This document shows, one piece after another, positions 62,228 through 64,000 of a stretch of DNA of 64,000 nucleotides. Position 1 is the first letter of the stretch; every line of letters starts with the position of its first letter. The DNA is from Squalus acanthias (taxonomy: Eukaryota): assembly GCA_030390025.1 (NCBI GenBank), contig CM059432.1, positions 115,136,001 to 115,200,000 on the forward strand, read 5' to 3'. The notes below the pieces were generated by a model. It searched no databases. It was not told the DNA's origin and saw only the letters and a list, made by a program, of their open reading frames with translations. Position numbers and translations under genes: made by a program.

Positions 62228-62600
62228 GGGGTAAAAATTGGGTGGCGCCCGCGTAACCTTCGCCGGGGCACTAATTTTAGCGCCCCGAAAATGTTAGCAC
62301 CCCCATGGCCGATTTTCCTACTGGAAGTGCCTCGCGTCCCTCTTGGGGCGCTGCGAGCCAATATCGCGGCACTACATGCTGCAGCGCCACGCGCTGCAAT
62401 GCTATGTGTGGCGCTGCGGCACGTTGCGCCGCGGTACTGCAGGCCTTCCTCCCCTTATTAAAGGGGAGGGGCCTAGCGCTGCGTGTCCTGGCGCCCAGCT
62501 GGGCCACCAGGGATTGGGAGTGCCAGCAAACGAGCCCGGCACTCAAGAGGAGTGCCAGGCTCACGGAGAGCAGCCGGTTTTTGTGTCAACTTTTCCTATT
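62228..62600. mobile_element. Harbinger-type MITE, left part
   Basis: Starts ggggtaaaaattgg; similar to 2042-2300; right TIR not found. Confidence 0.6.
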
Positions 62601-62684
62601 ATAAATTCCTCCATCCACATTTAAAATGGCGATCGCCTTGTAAAGCTTTAATTATGTCTTCCCACAATTGGCATTGCTGCAGCA

Positions 62685-62980
62685 CCTCACTCCGCTCTCG
62701 CCCGCCGCCTCACTCCGCTCTCGCCCGCCGCCTCACTCCGCTCTCGCCCGCCGCCTCACTCCGCTCTCGCCCGCCGCCTCACTCCGCTCTCGCCCGCCGC
62801 CTCACTCCGCTCTCGCCCGCCGCCTCACTCCGCTCTCGCCCGCCGCCTCACTCCGCTCTCGCCCGCCGCCTCACTCCGCTCTCGCCCGCCGCCTCACTCC
62901 GCTCTCGCCCGCCGCCTCACTCCGCTCTCGCCCGCCGCCTCACTCCGCTCTCGCCCGCCGCCTCACTCCGCTCTCGCCCG
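62685..62980. repeat. Perfect 23-bp minisatellite (CCTCACTCCGCTCTCGCCCGCCG), about 12.9 copies
   Basis: Read directly; explains the 23-aa periodic ORFs in two frames. Confidence 0.95.
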
Positions 62981-64000
62981 GCGTCTCAGTCTGTACTGCA
63001 GAGAAACTCCTGTGCTCTAAATAACTCTAGCTCTCTGCTTCCCAAATTGCCTAAGTTTTGCAATTTAACTATTAATAATAGAAAGTCAAAGTATTATATA
63101 AAAATAAGGACAGAGTGTGCATGACTTTCAAATGGGGATTGAATTCTGACAGCATGCCCTGGTCCAATTATCCCCTGCCCTTTAACTCCGCATCACATGA
63201 CTCCCCAGGAGGTTGACTGGTTTATGTAACATATTACTGCTATTCATTCACTTATTCTTCTTTTGCTAAATAAATTATGTTTACTAGTTTAAACCTAAAA
63301 CAAGATCTGATGTAATGCTTTACTGCTTATCAAAGATGAAAGAGAAAGTCTGTGGATGCATAGGATAATTTAAGTAACTAAAATAATCAATGGAAAAGTT
63401 TTCTGTTTGTTTTCCTGATACGTTGCTGGAATTTTTGTGCGAAGATACTCTCAAAGGCATAGAGTTAGAATTCGCCTACGAAAGTGATCTAAGACATGGG
63501 AGCCAAAGAGAGCCTCAACAGGGTTTTTTTTTCTCTTCCTCCACTCCCAAACAGGGTATCTCTCTCTCCGTCTGTCTGTGTGTCTCTCTCTCTCTCTCTC
63601 TCTCCCTCTCCGCACAAACAAAGACCCAAGACACTCCCTCTCCCTCACGCCATCAAAAGGGACTTTCTCTTCAGCCCCCATCGTACCTCGTCTTTCATCT
63701 CTCCCAGTTATATAGGAAAGACCGTATCTTAACTGCTGTGCAGTATACTGAGGTCACAGGAGGAGGAAGCAGCAGAAGTGTCAGCAGGTCATGCCATTCT
63801 GTGGGTCCAGCCTCCTTTTACTACATCAGGCTGCAAAGGGGTGAATGGAACTACATCCCGAAGAATTTGACACCACCGGGAGAAATCCTGGCATCAATTT
63901 CTTCGGGGCAGAGCCCCAGCGTTATTGGGTTCTGCTTAATTTCTCATCCCACTTGTTCCTGCCTGCTGCGGTTACTCTGGTATTCCACTTCAGCCCCTGA

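Noticed and set aside
62483..63124. 213-aa and 118-aa repetitive ORFs; CRISPR-like appearance
   Set aside because: Pure 23-bp tandem repeat with no spacers; ORFs stay open only because the unit lacks stops.

Overview
Repeat-rich vertebrate genomic DNA, most likely from a shark or other cartilaginous fish (inferred from HE1-type V-SINE, SacSINE1-type DeuSINE, CR1 and Penelope content). The only recognisable host coding sequence is one 211-bp minus-strand exon of RIMS2 (4635-4845, Rab-binding/zinc-finger region); the rest is presumably RIMS2 intron. It contains CR1 and L2 LINE relics, two solo LTRs, Penelope-like elements with minimal hammerhead ribozyme motifs, SINEs, and TA-flanked Tc1/pogo-type and hAT MITEs. 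It also holds an unusually dense PIF/Harbinger system: three decayed two-gene elements (spliced Myb/SANT gene converging on a HARBI1-like transposase) and about ten or more non-autonomous derivatives with 3-bp TSDs. The most unusual signal is three ~740-bp Harbinger-type elements built as ordered strings of short hairpins, where hairpin position is kept between two families while stem sequence differs. All calls were made by eye; no alignments or database searches were run. Most ORFs in the supplied track are repeat-derived or spurious.
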